This document shows positions 39,610 to 49,740 of a DNA stretch of 64,000 nucleotides, one piece after another. Below the pieces are notes generated by a model that had not been told where the DNA came from, did no database searches, and saw only the letters and a program-made list of their open reading frames with translations. Each line of letters opens with the position of its first letter. Position 1 is the first letter of the stretch. Position numbers and translations under genes: made by a program. Source of the DNA: Terriglobia bacterium (GTDB lineage Bacteria; Acidobacteriota; Terriglobia; 20CM-2-55-15); contig CBDCLE010000003.1 of NCBI GenBank assembly GCA_965218585.1, positions 160,001 to 224,000 of the forward strand, written 5' to 3'.

Positions 39610-40911
39610 TTGATCCCACGATATACGCGTCCAGCCATGGGTCGCATCTGGGAGGAAGAAAACAAGTACCGTAAGTGGCTGGAGGTGGAGTTGGCGGCGA
39701 CGAGCGTTCTGGAGGAGGACGGCGTCGTACCTGCTGATGCGGCGAAGGAGATTAGGGAGAGAGCGGACGTCTCGGTGGAGCGTATCGAGGAAATTGAAGC
39801 TGAAGTCCGTCACGATGTCATCGCATTCACGACGACCGTAGCCGAGTATGTCGGGGAATCGGCCCGATACTTTCATTACGGGCTCACCTCCTCAGACGTC
39901 GTCGATACGGCCCTGGCCCTCCAGGTCAAGGAAGCCTCAGCGTTGCTGCTCGAGGGATTGGATCACCTCCTCGAAGTCCTCGAAAAGCGGGCCCACGAGT
40001 TCAAGGCCACTGTGATGGTGGGGCGTACCCACGGCATCCACGCCGAACCTATTACTTTTGGTCATAAGCTTGCGATCTGGTACGACGAGGTCCGTCGACA
40101 ACGCGACCGCATGGCGGACGTCGCCGAGGGGATGCGCGTCGGGAAGCTTTCAGGCGCCGTCGGTACCTTCGCGCATCTTTCGCCCAAGGTTGAAGAACGC
40201 GTGATGGAGCGGTTGGGGTTGCGGCCTGCGCCGGCCTCTTCCCAGGTTGTGCAGAGGGACCAGCACGCAGCCTACATATCGGCGATCGCACTGGTCGGAG
40301 CGACGCTCGAGAAGATCGCCATCGAAGTCCGCCACCTGCAGCGCACCGAAGTTAGGGAAGCGCAGGAATACTTTTCCGCCAAGCAGAAGGGTTCTTCGGC
40401 CATGCCGCACAAACGGAACCCGATCAGTTCGGAACAGATTTCCGGGCTGGCCCGCATCCTCAGAAGCAATGCACAGGCGGGATTCGAAAACGTCGCTTTG
40501 TGGCAGGAGCGCGACATCTCCCACTCTTCGGCCGAGAGGATCATCTTTCCGGATTCGACGATTGTTCTCGATTACCTGTTGGACCGGACGGCGACCCTCG
40601 TCGAGAAGCTTGTTGTCTACCCGGAAAGGATGCGAGAGAACATGGACCTGACCCACGGGCTCATCTATTCCGGACAGCTTCTGCTCGAGTTGGTTGAGAA
40701 GGGTGTGACGCGCGAGGATGCCTATCGTTGGGTCCAGAGAAACGCGATGCGCGCCTGGGACGACGGTGTTGATTTCAAGGACAGTGTTCTCGAGGACAAA
40801 GACATCTCGAGCCGGCTTGAGCCCAAACATATCGACGCGGTTTTTAATTCCGAACGGTTGCTGGAAAACGTGGACTACATCTTCGCGCGGGTTTTTGGAA
40901 CTGAGGGCTGA
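39610..40911 (+). CDS. purB: Adenylosuccinate lyase
   Basis: MIPRYTRP, HYGLTSSD and GSSAMPHKRNP. Confidence 0.98.
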   Translation: MIPRYTRPAMGRIWEEENKYRKWLEVELAATSVLEEDGVVPADAAKEIRERADVSVERIEEIEAEVRHDVIAFTTTVAEYVGESARYFHYGLTSSDVVDTALALQVKEASALLLEGLDHLLEVLEKRAHEFKATVMVGRTHGIHAEPITFGHKLAIWYDEVRRQRDRMADVAEGMRVGKLSGAVGTFAHLSPKVEERVMERLGLRPAPASSQVVQRDQHAAYISAIALVGATLEKIAIEVRHLQRTEVREAQEYFSAKQKGSSAMPHKRNPISSEQISGLARILRSNAQAGFENVALWQERDISHSSAERIIFPDSTIVLDYLLDRTATLVEKLVVYPERMRENMDLTHGLIYSGQLLLELVEKGVTREDAYRWVQRNAMRAWDDGVDFKDSVLEDKDISSRLEPKHIDAVFNSERLLENVDYIFARVFGTEG

Positions 40912-40961
40912 TGGCCGATAGTCGTCTCATTAATCAAGAGTTGTGAAAGGCTAACCCAGGA

Positions 40962-41204
40962 ATGAAAGTAACAGTCATCGTGACGCTCAAGCCGACGGTT
41001 CTCGACCCCCAGGGGCTCACGATCCATCGAAACCTGGAAACGGCCGGTATATCGGGCGTCAGCGAAGTGCGCCAGGGTAAGTACTTCGACGTAGAAGTCG
41101 GTGACGAATTGAGCGAGGCGGATCGTGAGGCTCTGGTCGAACGTCTGGCCCGGGACGTTCTGACAAACCCTGTTATCGAAAACTATCGAATCGAATGGGA
41201 GTGA
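40962..41204 (+). CDS. purS: FGAM synthase subunit PurS
   Basis: [17 protein letters not shown] and LTNPVIENY. Confidence 0.97.
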   Translation: MKVTVIVTLKPTVLDPQGLTIHRNLETAGISGVSEVRQGKYFDVEVGDELSEADREALVERLARDVLTNPVIENYRIEWE

Positions 41205-41211
41205 GCGGAAA

Positions 41212-41907
41212 GTGAAGTTTGGTGTCGTCATATTCCCCGGATCGAACTGCGACCACGATTGTTATTACGCGGTGGAATCTGTTCTGGGTAAGCCTGTCGA
41301 TTTTATTTGGCATCAGGATACGAACCTGGAGGGTTTCGATGCCGTGATCGTCCCGGGCGGCTTTGCCTACGGCGATTATTTGAGGACCGGGGCTATCGCC
41401 AGTTTTTCTCCAGTGATGAGTTCCCTGGCGGAATTCTCTAAGAAAGGCGGGCTCGTAATCGGAATATGCAATGGATTTCAGATTCTGATGGAGGCCGGTT
41501 TACTTCCCGGAGCCCTGCTGCCCAATATCGGCATGAAGTATGTCTGCCGATTCCTGCATCTGAGAACCGAATCTTTGGCCACACCTTTCACGTCCGGCTT
41601 AAACGAAGGGCAACGCCTCTACATCCCGATCGGGCACGGCGAGGGCAATTTTTATGCCGACGAGGAGACCATTCGTCAGCTCGAAGACAAGGGCCAGGTG
41701 GTTTTTCGATACGTCGATGCCGACGGTAAGCCGACGCCGGATGCCAACCCGAACGGCTCCCTGAACAATATTGCCGGTATCGTCAACCGGGGCCGGAACG
41801 TTCTGGGGATGATGCCGCACCCGGATCGTTCCAGCGAACAGATTCTTGGGAGCGAGGACGGACTCTTAATCTTCGAATCCATGGTTGCTGCACTTTCCCA
41901 CGCCTGA
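41212..41907 (+). CDS. purQ: FGAM synthase glutaminase subunit
   Basis: FPGSNCD, GICNGFQ and GMMPHP. Confidence 0.98.
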   Translation: MKFGVVIFPGSNCDHDCYYAVESVLGKPVDFIWHQDTNLEGFDAVIVPGGFAYGDYLRTGAIASFSPVMSSLAEFSKKGGLVIGICNGFQILMEAGLLPGALLPNIGMKYVCRFLHLRTESLATPFTSGLNEGQRLYIPIGHGEGNFYADEETIRQLEDKGQVVFRYVDADGKPTPDANPNGSLNNIAGIVNRGRNVLGMMPHPDRSSEQILGSEDGLLIFESMVAALSHA

Positions 41908-41909
41908 GC

Positions 41910-44145
41910 ATGGCTACAGCAATTACCGAAGAATCGCTGATCGAGCATGGTATTTCCGCCGAGGAATACGAAAAGATCCAGGAAATACTCGGTCGGGAAC
42001 CCAACCTGACCGAGTTGGGCATCTTCAGCGTGATGTGGAGCGAGCATTGCAGCTACAAGAGTTCGCGAGTGCATCTCAAACGACTACCCACCCAAGGTCC
42101 GGCCGTTATTCAGGGGCCTGGAGAGAATGCCGGCATCATCGACATCGGAGATGGCCTTGCGGTGGCGTTCAAGATCGAATCACACAACCATCCGTCCTTT
42201 ATCGAGCCTTTCCAGGGCGCGGCCACCGGAGTCGGGGGTATTCTTCGAGACATCTTCACGATGGGAGCGCGGCCAATCGCTGCCATGAACAGCCTGCGAT
42301 TTGGTCCGCTGACCGAACCCCAGAACCGACGAATCGTTGAAGGCGTGGTAGGCGGCATCGCCGCCTACGGCAACTGCTTTGGCGTTCCAACGATCGGAGG
42401 CGAAGTCTATTTCGCTGATTGCTACGCCCAAAACCCTCTGGTCAACGCGTTTGCGCTGGGAATATTCGAGAAGGACAAGATTTTTCTGGGACAGGCGACG
42501 GGTGTGGGCAATCGCGTCATTTACGTAGGCGCCAAAACAGGCCGCGACGGTATTCACGGGGCAACGATGGCCTCAGCGGGCTTTGGCGAGGATGCGGGAG
42601 CAAAGCGACCCAACGTGCAGATTGGCGATCCGTTCATGGAAAAACTTCTCCTCGAAGCATGTCTTGAGGTAATGCAAAAAGGGCTGGTCGTCGGAATTCA
42701 GGACATGGGTGCGGCCGGCCTGACCTGTTCCAGTTGCGAGATGGGGGCACGCGCTGGAACCGGCGTCGAACTGGATCTGGATCAGGTGCCTCAGCGGGAG
42801 TCGGGAATGGGACCGTACGAGGTCATGCTCAGTGAATCCCAGGAACGGATGCTTCTGGTCGCCGAGCCTTCCCGGACACAGGAATTATTCGAGGTCTTTC
42901 ACAAGTGGGGTCTCGACGCTGTAGACGTTGGCGAGGTGACGGCCGATGGTCTGCTCCGCGTTCAGTCTGGAGGAGAAACAGTCGCCGAAATCCCCAATGG
43001 TCCGTTGGCCGATGAGGCGCCGATATACAACAGGCCCATCAGCCCACCTGCCGAGCCGCGGGTTGAGAGCTGGTTGACTCGCTACAGCTTTCTGGACGCA
43101 TGTCCTTCTCGGACAGTGGCCGCTTTCCGCAACGCGGAGGAGAATCCCGGACAGAGTGATTACGCGGACCTGCTCCGACTGGCTCTCGCTTCACCCAACC
43201 TGGCCAGCCGGCGCTGGATCTGGGAGCAGTACGACCACATGGTCGGGTCCAACACGATGGTGGGTCCTGGCTCCGATGCCGCTGTTTTGAGGGTGAAGGG
43301 AACCGACAAGGCCATCGCTATGGTTCTCGATGGGCCCGCTGTACACGCCGCACGCGACCCACGGGAAGGAGCGAAAAAGGCTGTTGCCGAGGCGTGTCGA
43401 AACCTCGTGTGTTCGGGTGCAAAGCCGCTGGCCGCGACCAACTGCCTGAATTTCGGTAACCCGGAACATCCGGAAGTCATGTGGCAGTTCAGCGAGGTCG
43501 TGGATGGGATGTCGGAGGCCTGCGCGGTGTTCGAGACGCCAATCACCGGGGGCAACGTCAGCTTCTACAACGAAACCTTCAAGGAAGACATCTATCCGAC
43601 GCCCGTCGTCGGCATCGTCGGATTGATCGAGGACTTGAATCTGGTGACGACGTCCGCGTTCGGAGATCCAGGCGATGCGATCGTCCTTCTGGAGACGGCC
43701 TCCCGTTCCGAGGCGATTGATCTGGACGAGGAGCGGGCCATGCAGAACCTGATCGCGTCCCTGATTCGCGAAGGCCTGGTTCGCTCCGCTCACGATCTCA
43801 GCGAGGGCGGCTTCGCCGTGGCTCTGGCCGAGTGTTGTTTTTCGACACTCCATCGCGGCCCCCTTGGGGCCGCGGCCCGGGTGCCCTCCCGGCTTGAGGT
43901 CTGTCGCGATCTATTTGGGGAGTTTCCCACACGCGTGCTGCTCTCCACCACGGATACGGCGGGTCTGGTTGGACGGGCCCAGGCGGCCGGCCTTGTGGCT
44001 CATGAGATTGGAGCCGTGGGTGGAGACCGTTTAAATCCTGGAGTATGAAGGTGCACGTGCGATTGACGTTCCCATCGACCAGATTGAGGATGTCTGGCGG
44101 GGGGGTCTGGAAGGCCTTCTCGAAAACAAGTCGCGCTTCGGTTAG
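41910..44145 (+). CDS. purL: FGAM synthase subunit PurL, with an apparent 1-nt insertion near 44033
   Basis: [20 protein letters not shown] and LSESQERM. Removing one A in TTAAATCC gives ...DRLILEYEG...[11 protein letters not shown]...* at 44145. Confidence 0.95.
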
Positions 44146-44179
44146 ACTAAGAACTTAACCGGAGAACATAGCCAAGCAA

Positions 44180-45643
44180 ATGTGCGGCATATTCGGTATT
44201 GCCAACCAGCCTGAAGCGGCCCGGCTCACCTACCTGGGCCTGTACGCCCTCCAGCACAGAGGGCAGGAGAGCACCGGCATATCTGTATCTGACGGGGATC
44301 AGCTTCTCACGCATAAGGCGATGGGGCATGTCGCCGAGGTCTACTCGGAACGGACCCTGCATCATCTGGTGGGTAACAGCGCGATTGGACATACCCGGTA
44401 TTCCACTTCAGGAGACAGCTCCCGGGGGAATGCCCAGCCCATAGTCGTCAAAGGCGCGCACGGGGAGATTTCCCTGTGTCACAACGGCAACCTGATCAAC
44501 GCTGCCTCGCTCAGAGAAGAGTTGGAATCCGAGGGTGCGGTGTTTCAGTCCAACAGTGACAGCGAAGTTATCTTGCACCTGCTCGCGCGGGCCGAAGGTG
44601 AGAGTCTCCCCGATGCGTTGATCGCTGCGTTGGGTCGGGTTCAGGGTGCGTTTTCCCTGCTTCTATTGACCGGAGATACCTTGGTTGCAGCCCGGGATCC
44701 TTACGGTTTCCGGCCGCTGAGCATTGGAAAGTTCAATGGGTCCTATGTGGTGGCTTCCGAGTCGTGTGCCTTTGACCTGATCAACGCATCCTACGTCCGG
44801 GAAGTCCAACCCGGAGAGATCGTGGCGATCAGGGGCGAGGAGATCGAGTCGTTTCAAATCAAATCCGGATTACGTCAGGCCAAGTGCATTTTCGAGCATG
44901 TCTATTTTGCCCGGCCCGACAGCATCGTTTTTGACAAGACAGTCCAGGCAAGCCGGGAGCGGATGGGACGCATCCTGGCCGAGGAAGCCCCCGTTGAAGC
45001 TGACCTGGTCGTTCCCGTTCCCGATTCGGGAGTCACGGCGGCCGTCGGATATTCACAGCGGGCGAACATTCCTTTCTCCTTTGGCCTGATTCGGAATCAC
45101 TATGTCGGGCGGACTTTTATCGAGCCCAAGCAGACGATCCGGCATTTCGGTGTGAAGATAAAACTGAATCCCGTCAAAGAGCTGCTTGCCGGCAAGCGCG
45201 TCATCCTCATCGACGATTCCATTGTTCGCGGTACGACGAGCCGAAAGATCGTCAAGATGGTCCGTGCCGCCGGAGCGCGTGAGGTGCATGTCCGGATCAG
45301 TTGCCCGCCCACGATATCCCCATGCTTTTACGGTATCGATACGCCGAATCGGAGAGAACTGATCGGTGCCAGTCATACGATCGAAGAGATTCGAAAGTAC
45401 ATCGAGGCCGATTCCCTGGCTTACCTGACGCTGCCGGGCCTGCTCGAAGCAGTTGAGGGCACCGAGGGAGAATTCTGCACCGCCTGTTACACGGGGGTCT
45501 ACCCGCTTGAACTCGGCAGTGAGATCTTCGATGCCAAGGCCGACGACCGCCAGCTCGACCTCTGGACGAAACCCGACCCGGATATTGTCGAAGAGGGATG
45601 GCCAGTCTTCACCGCGTACGGGGAAACGGGCGAAGACTCTTAA
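44180..45643 (+). CDS. purF: Amidophosphoribosyltransferase
   Basis: MCGIFG, LQHRGQE, GHTRYST and IDDSIVRGTT. Confidence 0.98.
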   Translation: MCGIFGIANQPEAARLTYLGLYALQHRGQESTGISVSDGDQLLTHKAMGHVAEVYSERTLHHLVGNSAIGHTRYSTSGDSSRGNAQPIVVKGAHGEISLCHNGNLINAASLREELESEGAVFQSNSDSEVILHLLARAEGESLPDALIAALGRVQGAFSLLLLTGDTLVAARDPYGFRPLSIGKFNGSYVVASESCAFDLINASYVREVQPGEIVAIRGEEIESFQIKSGLRQAKCIFEHVYFARPDSIVFDKTVQASRERMGRILAEEAPVEADLVVPVPDSGVTAAVGYSQRANIPFSFGLIRNHYVGRTFIEPKQTIRHFGVKIKLNPVKELLAGKRVILIDDSIVRGTTSRKIVKMVRAAGAREVHVRISCPPTISPCFYGIDTPNRRELIGASHTIEEIRKYIEADSLAYLTLPGLLEAVEGTEGEFCTACYTGVYPLELGSEIFDAKADDRQLDLWTKPDPDIVEEGWPVFTAYGETGEDS

Positions 45644-45652
45644 CTTCTCCAC

Positions 45653-46687
45653 ATGGCTCCTGACCAATCTTTCACCTACAAAGATTCCGGTGTTGACATA
45701 GATGCTGCGTCCCGGGCGACGGACCGGATCCGCGATCTTGCCAGGAAAACGTTTACGCCGGGAGTCCTCAGCGAAATCGGCGGTTTCGGCGGCCTTTTCG
45801 ACGCGCGTTTTCCGGACATGGCGGATCCTGTTCTGGTGTCCAGCAGTGACGGCGTCGGGACGAAACTGAAGGCGGCCTTTCTGACCGGGCGTCACAACAC
45901 CGTGGGCGGGGATCTGGTCAACCATTGCGTGAACGACATCGGAGTCCAGGGCGCGCGTCCGCTGTTCTTTATGGACTACGTGGCTACGGGTCGGCTCGAT
46001 CCTGACGTGATCGTTTCCGTCGTCGAGGGTATTTCCCACGCATGTAATGCAGCCGGATGCGCTCTGCTCGGAGGGGAAACTGCGGAGATGCCGGGTTTCT
46101 ACAAGGATGGCGAATACGATGTCGCGGGTTTCATCGTCGGCGTTGTAGACCGAAGCCGTATCGTCGACGGCAGCCGCATCCAACCCGGAGATCTGCTGGT
46201 CGGTCTGCCTTCAGTCGGATTGCATACGAATGGTTATTCCCTGGCCCGGAAGCTGTTCTTCGACGTGTCAGGTTGGACCGTGGAGACCGTTCCTCCGGAC
46301 CTCGGTATCTCCATCGGGGATGAATTGCTCAAACCCCACCTCAACTATGAACCGATGCTACGTCCGGTTCTCGATCGGGATCTTGTTTTGGGACTGGCGC
46401 ACATCACCGGTGGCGGTATCACCGACAACCTGCCACGGATTCTTCCCGAAGGTTGCGGAGCCCAGGTCCAACTGGGCTCCTGGCCCGTCCTGCCCGTCTT
46501 CGAGTTGCTGGCGAAGATCGGTTCCGTGGCAACGGAGGAAATGCTGCGCGCGATGAACATGGGGGTCGGGATGATCGCCGTGATCCGACCCGACGCACTC
46601 GAATCCTTTGCCGATGGAATCAGTTCTGAACACTTCGTCATCGGCCGCGTGGTCGAGGGAGAGCAACGAGTTTCCTACCTTTCATGA
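45653..46687 (+). CDS. purM: Phosphoribosylformylglycinamidine cyclo-ligase
   Basis: YKDSGVDI, DGVGTK, GGETAEMPG and AHITGGG. Confidence 0.98.
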   Translation: MAPDQSFTYKDSGVDIDAASRATDRIRDLARKTFTPGVLSEIGGFGGLFDARFPDMADPVLVSSSDGVGTKLKAAFLTGRHNTVGGDLVNHCVNDIGVQGARPLFFMDYVATGRLDPDVIVSVVEGISHACNAAGCALLGGETAEMPGFYKDGEYDVAGFIVGVVDRSRIVDGSRIQPGDLLVGLPSVGLHTNGYSLARKLFFDVSGWTVETVPPDLGISIGDELLKPHLNYEPMLRPVLDRDLVLGLAHITGGGITDNLPRILPEGCGAQVQLGSWPVLPVFELLAKIGSVATEEMLRAMNMGVGMIAVIRPDALESFADGISSEHFVIGRVVEGEQRVSYLS

Positions 46688-47304
46688 GAGTCGAGCTCAA
46701 TAGCCGGAAAATAGGTGTCCTGCTGTCCGGTCGAGGTTCGAACTTCAAGGCCATCGCCGACCAGATCGATCAGGGTGCGCTTGATGCCGAGATCGCCGTC
46801 GTTGTAAGCAACAAGGAATCGGCTCCGGGTCTGGCCGAAGCTCGCAGCCGGGGTATCAAGACCGTGTACCTGGCATCGTCCGGGCTGGGGCGGGAAGAGT
46901 ACGACCGGACGGTTGTCGCGCTGCTCGAAGAAAACGATGTGGCGCTGGTGTGTCTGGCGGGGTTCATGCGCATCCTGAGCCCAGTTTTCATACAGGCATT
47001 TCCCTTGCGCATACTGAACATCCACCCTTCGCTCCTGCCCGCCTTTCCAGGTTTAGATGCCCAACGCCAGGCACTGGAACATGGCGTAAAATTCAGTGGT
47101 TGTACAGTCCATTTCGTGGATGAGTCGCTGGACGGTGGCCCGATCGTCGGTCAGGCAACGGTTTCCGTTCGGGATGGAGACACAGTGGAGGATCTTTCCG
47201 ATCGTATCCTGGTTGAAGAACATCGATTGTATTCAGAGGCCATTGGGATGGTTCTGGATGGCCGGTGCCAGGTTCGCGAGGGTCGGGTCGCAGTAGATGA
47301 ATAA
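46684..47304 (+). CDS. purN: Phosphoribosylglycinamide formyltransferase
   Basis: LSGRGSN, NIHPSLLPAFPG and GCTVHFV. Confidence 0.98.
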   Translation: MRVELNSRKIGVLLSGRGSNFKAIADQIDQGALDAEIAVVVSNKESAPGLAEARSRGIKTVYLASSGLGREEYDRTVVALLEENDVALVCLAGFMRILSPVFIQAFPLRILNIHPSLLPAFPGLDAQRQALEHGVKFSGCTVHFVDESLDGGPIVGQATVSVRDGDTVEDLSDRILVEEHRLYSEAIGMVLDGRCQVREGRVAVDE

Positions 47305-48544
47305 GAGCGTCATGAGCGAAGACTTCAAGTCACTGCCCCTGGACGAACAGCTGAAGTATCTCTCCAAGGGAGCCGTCGATATCATCCGCGAGGAAGAGCT
47401 CGTCGAGAGGTTGAAGAAGTCGCAGAAGACGGGAAAGCCTTTGAGGGTGAAAACCGGGTTCGATCCGACGGCGCCGGACATTCACCTCGGGCACACGGTC
47501 GTGATCCGAAAGATGAAGCACTTTCAGGACCTCGGACATACGGTCATATTCCTGATCGGTGACTTTACCGGTCTGATCGGGGACCCTTCCGGCCGATCCG
47601 CGACGCGGAAGCAACTGACCCGTGAAGAGATCAACGAGAATACGGAAACCTACAAGAAACAGATCTTCAAGATCCTTGATCCCGATACCACGGTTATCGA
47701 TTTCAACAGCCGATGGATGTCAGAGCTGGGCGCTGAAGGCCTCGTCGATCTGTGCGGAAAGTACACGGTACGCCAGATCTTGGAGCGCGACGATTTTGAG
47801 AAGCGGCTCAAGGCGCAGCAACCCGTCTCGATGCAGGAGTTGTTGTACCCGCTCGTTCAGGGCTACGACTCGGTTGCTCTGGAAGCCGACGTCGAGTTGG
47901 GCGGCACGGACCAGAGATTCAATTTGCTGGTCGGTCGCGATATCCAGCGAGAGTATGGGCAACCCTCTCAGATCATTATGACGATGCCGTTGCTCGAAGG
48001 AACCGACGGTGTTCAGAAAATGAGCAAATCGTTGGACAACTACATCGGCATCAACGAAGAACCGAATGAGATCTTCGGAAAGGTGATGTCGATCTCCGAC
48101 GAGATGATGTATCGGTACTGGGAACTTGTAACCGATGTGGCCGTGAAGGACATCGAAGGCTGGAAACAGGAAGTCGAATCGGGTAAACGGCATCCGATGG
48201 AACTGAAGGGCGATCTTGCCGAGCACATTATCGACGACTATTACGGTGAGGCTGGGGCGGCTGCCGCCCGAACCGAGTTCCAGCGTGTCTTTGGACAGAA
48301 GGAAGTCCCAGAAGACATCGAGACGACCGAGGTTCCTCGAGACGGAGTCGCTCTGGCCAAACTGCTGGCGTCTTCAGGTATGGCGAGTTCGGTTTCCGAG
48401 GCCACGCGCCTGGTAAAGTCCGGCGCGGTTTCCATCGATGGGGAGAAACAGACCGACGCTCGGAGTCTGGTGAAGCTCTCGGCCGGTGAAGAACGGACGG
48501 TAAAGGTCGGCAAGCTCCGCTATCGCAAGTTTGTTGGCGGATAG
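47297..48544 (+). CDS. tyrS: Tyrosine--tRNA ligase
   Basis: GFDPTAPDIHLGH, GGTDQRFN, KMSKS and a C-terminal S4 domain. Confidence 0.98.
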   Translation: MNKSVMSEDFKSLPLDEQLKYLSKGAVDIIREEELVERLKKSQKTGKPLRVKTGFDPTAPDIHLGHTVVIRKMKHFQDLGHTVIFLIGDFTGLIGDPSGRSATRKQLTREEINENTETYKKQIFKILDPDTTVIDFNSRWMSELGAEGLVDLCGKYTVRQILERDDFEKRLKAQQPVSMQELLYPLVQGYDSVALEADVELGGTDQRFNLLVGRDIQREYGQPSQIIMTMPLLEGTDGVQKMSKSLDNYIGINEEPNEIFGKVMSISDEMMYRYWELVTDVAVKDIEGWKQEVESGKRHPMELKGDLAEHIIDDYYGEAGAAAARTEFQRVFGQKEVPEDIETTEVPRDGVALAKLLASSGMASSVSEATRLVKSGAVSIDGEKQTDARSLVKLSAGEERTVKVGKLRYRKFVGG

Positions 48545-48548
48545 TCTG

Positions 48549-49277
48549 ATGACGACGAAACTCAGCGTCAACGTCAACAAGTTCGCTCTTATCCGCAATT
48601 CCCGCGACACCGACTACCCGAACCTGGCGCACATGGCCGAACGTGCGATCGCCGCGGGTGTGCATGGGATCACCGTTCATCCCCGACCTGATCAACGACA
48701 CATCCGTTATTCCGATGTTCATGAACTGTCCGCTCTGACTGCCAGACACCCGGACGTCGAGTTCAACATCGAAGGCAATCCCATTCCGGATTTCTTAAGA
48801 ATCGTCAAGGACGTCCGTCCCGACCAGTGCACGCTCGTGCCAGACGATCCGAACCAGCTGACTTCGGATCACGGATGGGATCTGGCTAAGGACGGTGACC
48901 CCCTGGCGTTTGTTGTCAGCGACCTGCAGGAAACCGGCATCCGTGTCAGTCTTTTCATGGACCCGGTGGCTGAGCAGATCGACCGTGTGAAGACGGTCGG
49001 TGCCGAGAGGATCGAACTCTACACCGAGCCCTATGCCCGCGCCTTCGGAACGTCTGATGAAGACACCGTGTGGAGCCGGTTTGACGCGGCGGCGGCCCAT
49101 GCCGAAAGCCTCGGCCTGGGTGTCAACGCCGGCCACGACCTGAACCTCGAAAACCTGCCACGTTTCCTTACCATCAAGTCCATCCTGGAAGTTTCCATCG
49201 GCCATGCCATTGTCGTCGAGTCCTTCGACCACGGCTTCGAAGGTACACTTGCCCGCTACCTCGAGATCGTGTCCTAA
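48549..49277 (+). CDS. pdxJ: Pyridoxine 5'-phosphate synthase
   Basis: LSVNVNK, GITVHPRPDQRHI, VNAGHDL and EVSIGHA. Confidence 0.97.
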   Translation: MTTKLSVNVNKFALIRNSRDTDYPNLAHMAERAIAAGVHGITVHPRPDQRHIRYSDVHELSALTARHPDVEFNIEGNPIPDFLRIVKDVRPDQCTLVPDDPNQLTSDHGWDLAKDGDPLAFVVSDLQETGIRVSLFMDPVAEQIDRVKTVGAERIELYTEPYARAFGTSDEDTVWSRFDAAAAHAESLGLGVNAGHDLNLENLPRFLTIKSILEVSIGHAIVVESFDHGFEGTLARYLEIVS

Positions 49278-49282
49278 ACCCA

Positions 49283-49307
49283 CTGTAGGTGCGGTCTATG
49301 ACCGCAC
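49283..49307 (+). repeat. GTAG-type REP, single copy
   Basis: CTGTAGGTGCGGTCTATGACCGCAC. Confidence 0.85.
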
Positions 49308-49484
49308 AAGAAATCTCCTGTTTGTCGCGAAGATTCCGAAAAGAGTTCTCGGCGTTTGACCGGAAGTTTCACCGTCCAACCTATGCATCTGGTTGATATC
49401 AAACGAAACGCTGACTGGTCGATCAAGTGCGTCTCCCTCCGTCGTGACATTTCAGAATGATTTCTTTCGCCACACGGTCCAACA

Positions 49485-49670
49485 GTGAAGGTTCGGGAAG
49501 TCATAGCGCTAATCGAAAAGGATGGCTGGCGCCGCGTCAGTGCCAAAGGTGGTCATCGCCAATACAAGCACCCTTCAAAGCCCGGGCGGGTTACTCTTTC
49601 CGGCCATCCAAACGACGAACTTCATCCCAAAACGTTCAGTAGCGTTCTAAAACAGGCAGGGCTAAAATGA
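49485..49670 (+). CDS. hicA: HicA-family toxin (intact)
   Basis: REVIALIEKDGW....KGGHRQYKHPSKPGRVT..GH....HPKT..SVLKQAGL. Confidence 0.92.
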   Translation: MKVREVIALIEKDGWRRVSAKGGHRQYKHPSKPGRVTLSGHPNDELHPKTFSSVLKQAGLK

Positions 49671-49740
49671 ATTTCGTGAAGTACGGAATCGTGATCGAAA
49701 GTGGAGAGCGCAACTGTTCGGCCTACGTGCCTGATTTGCC

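Noticed and set aside
19091-49307. Recurring 25-bp palindromic repeat as a CRISPR array
   Set aside because: The copies are dispersed or inverted, with no regular unique spacers and no cas genes. This fits REPs.
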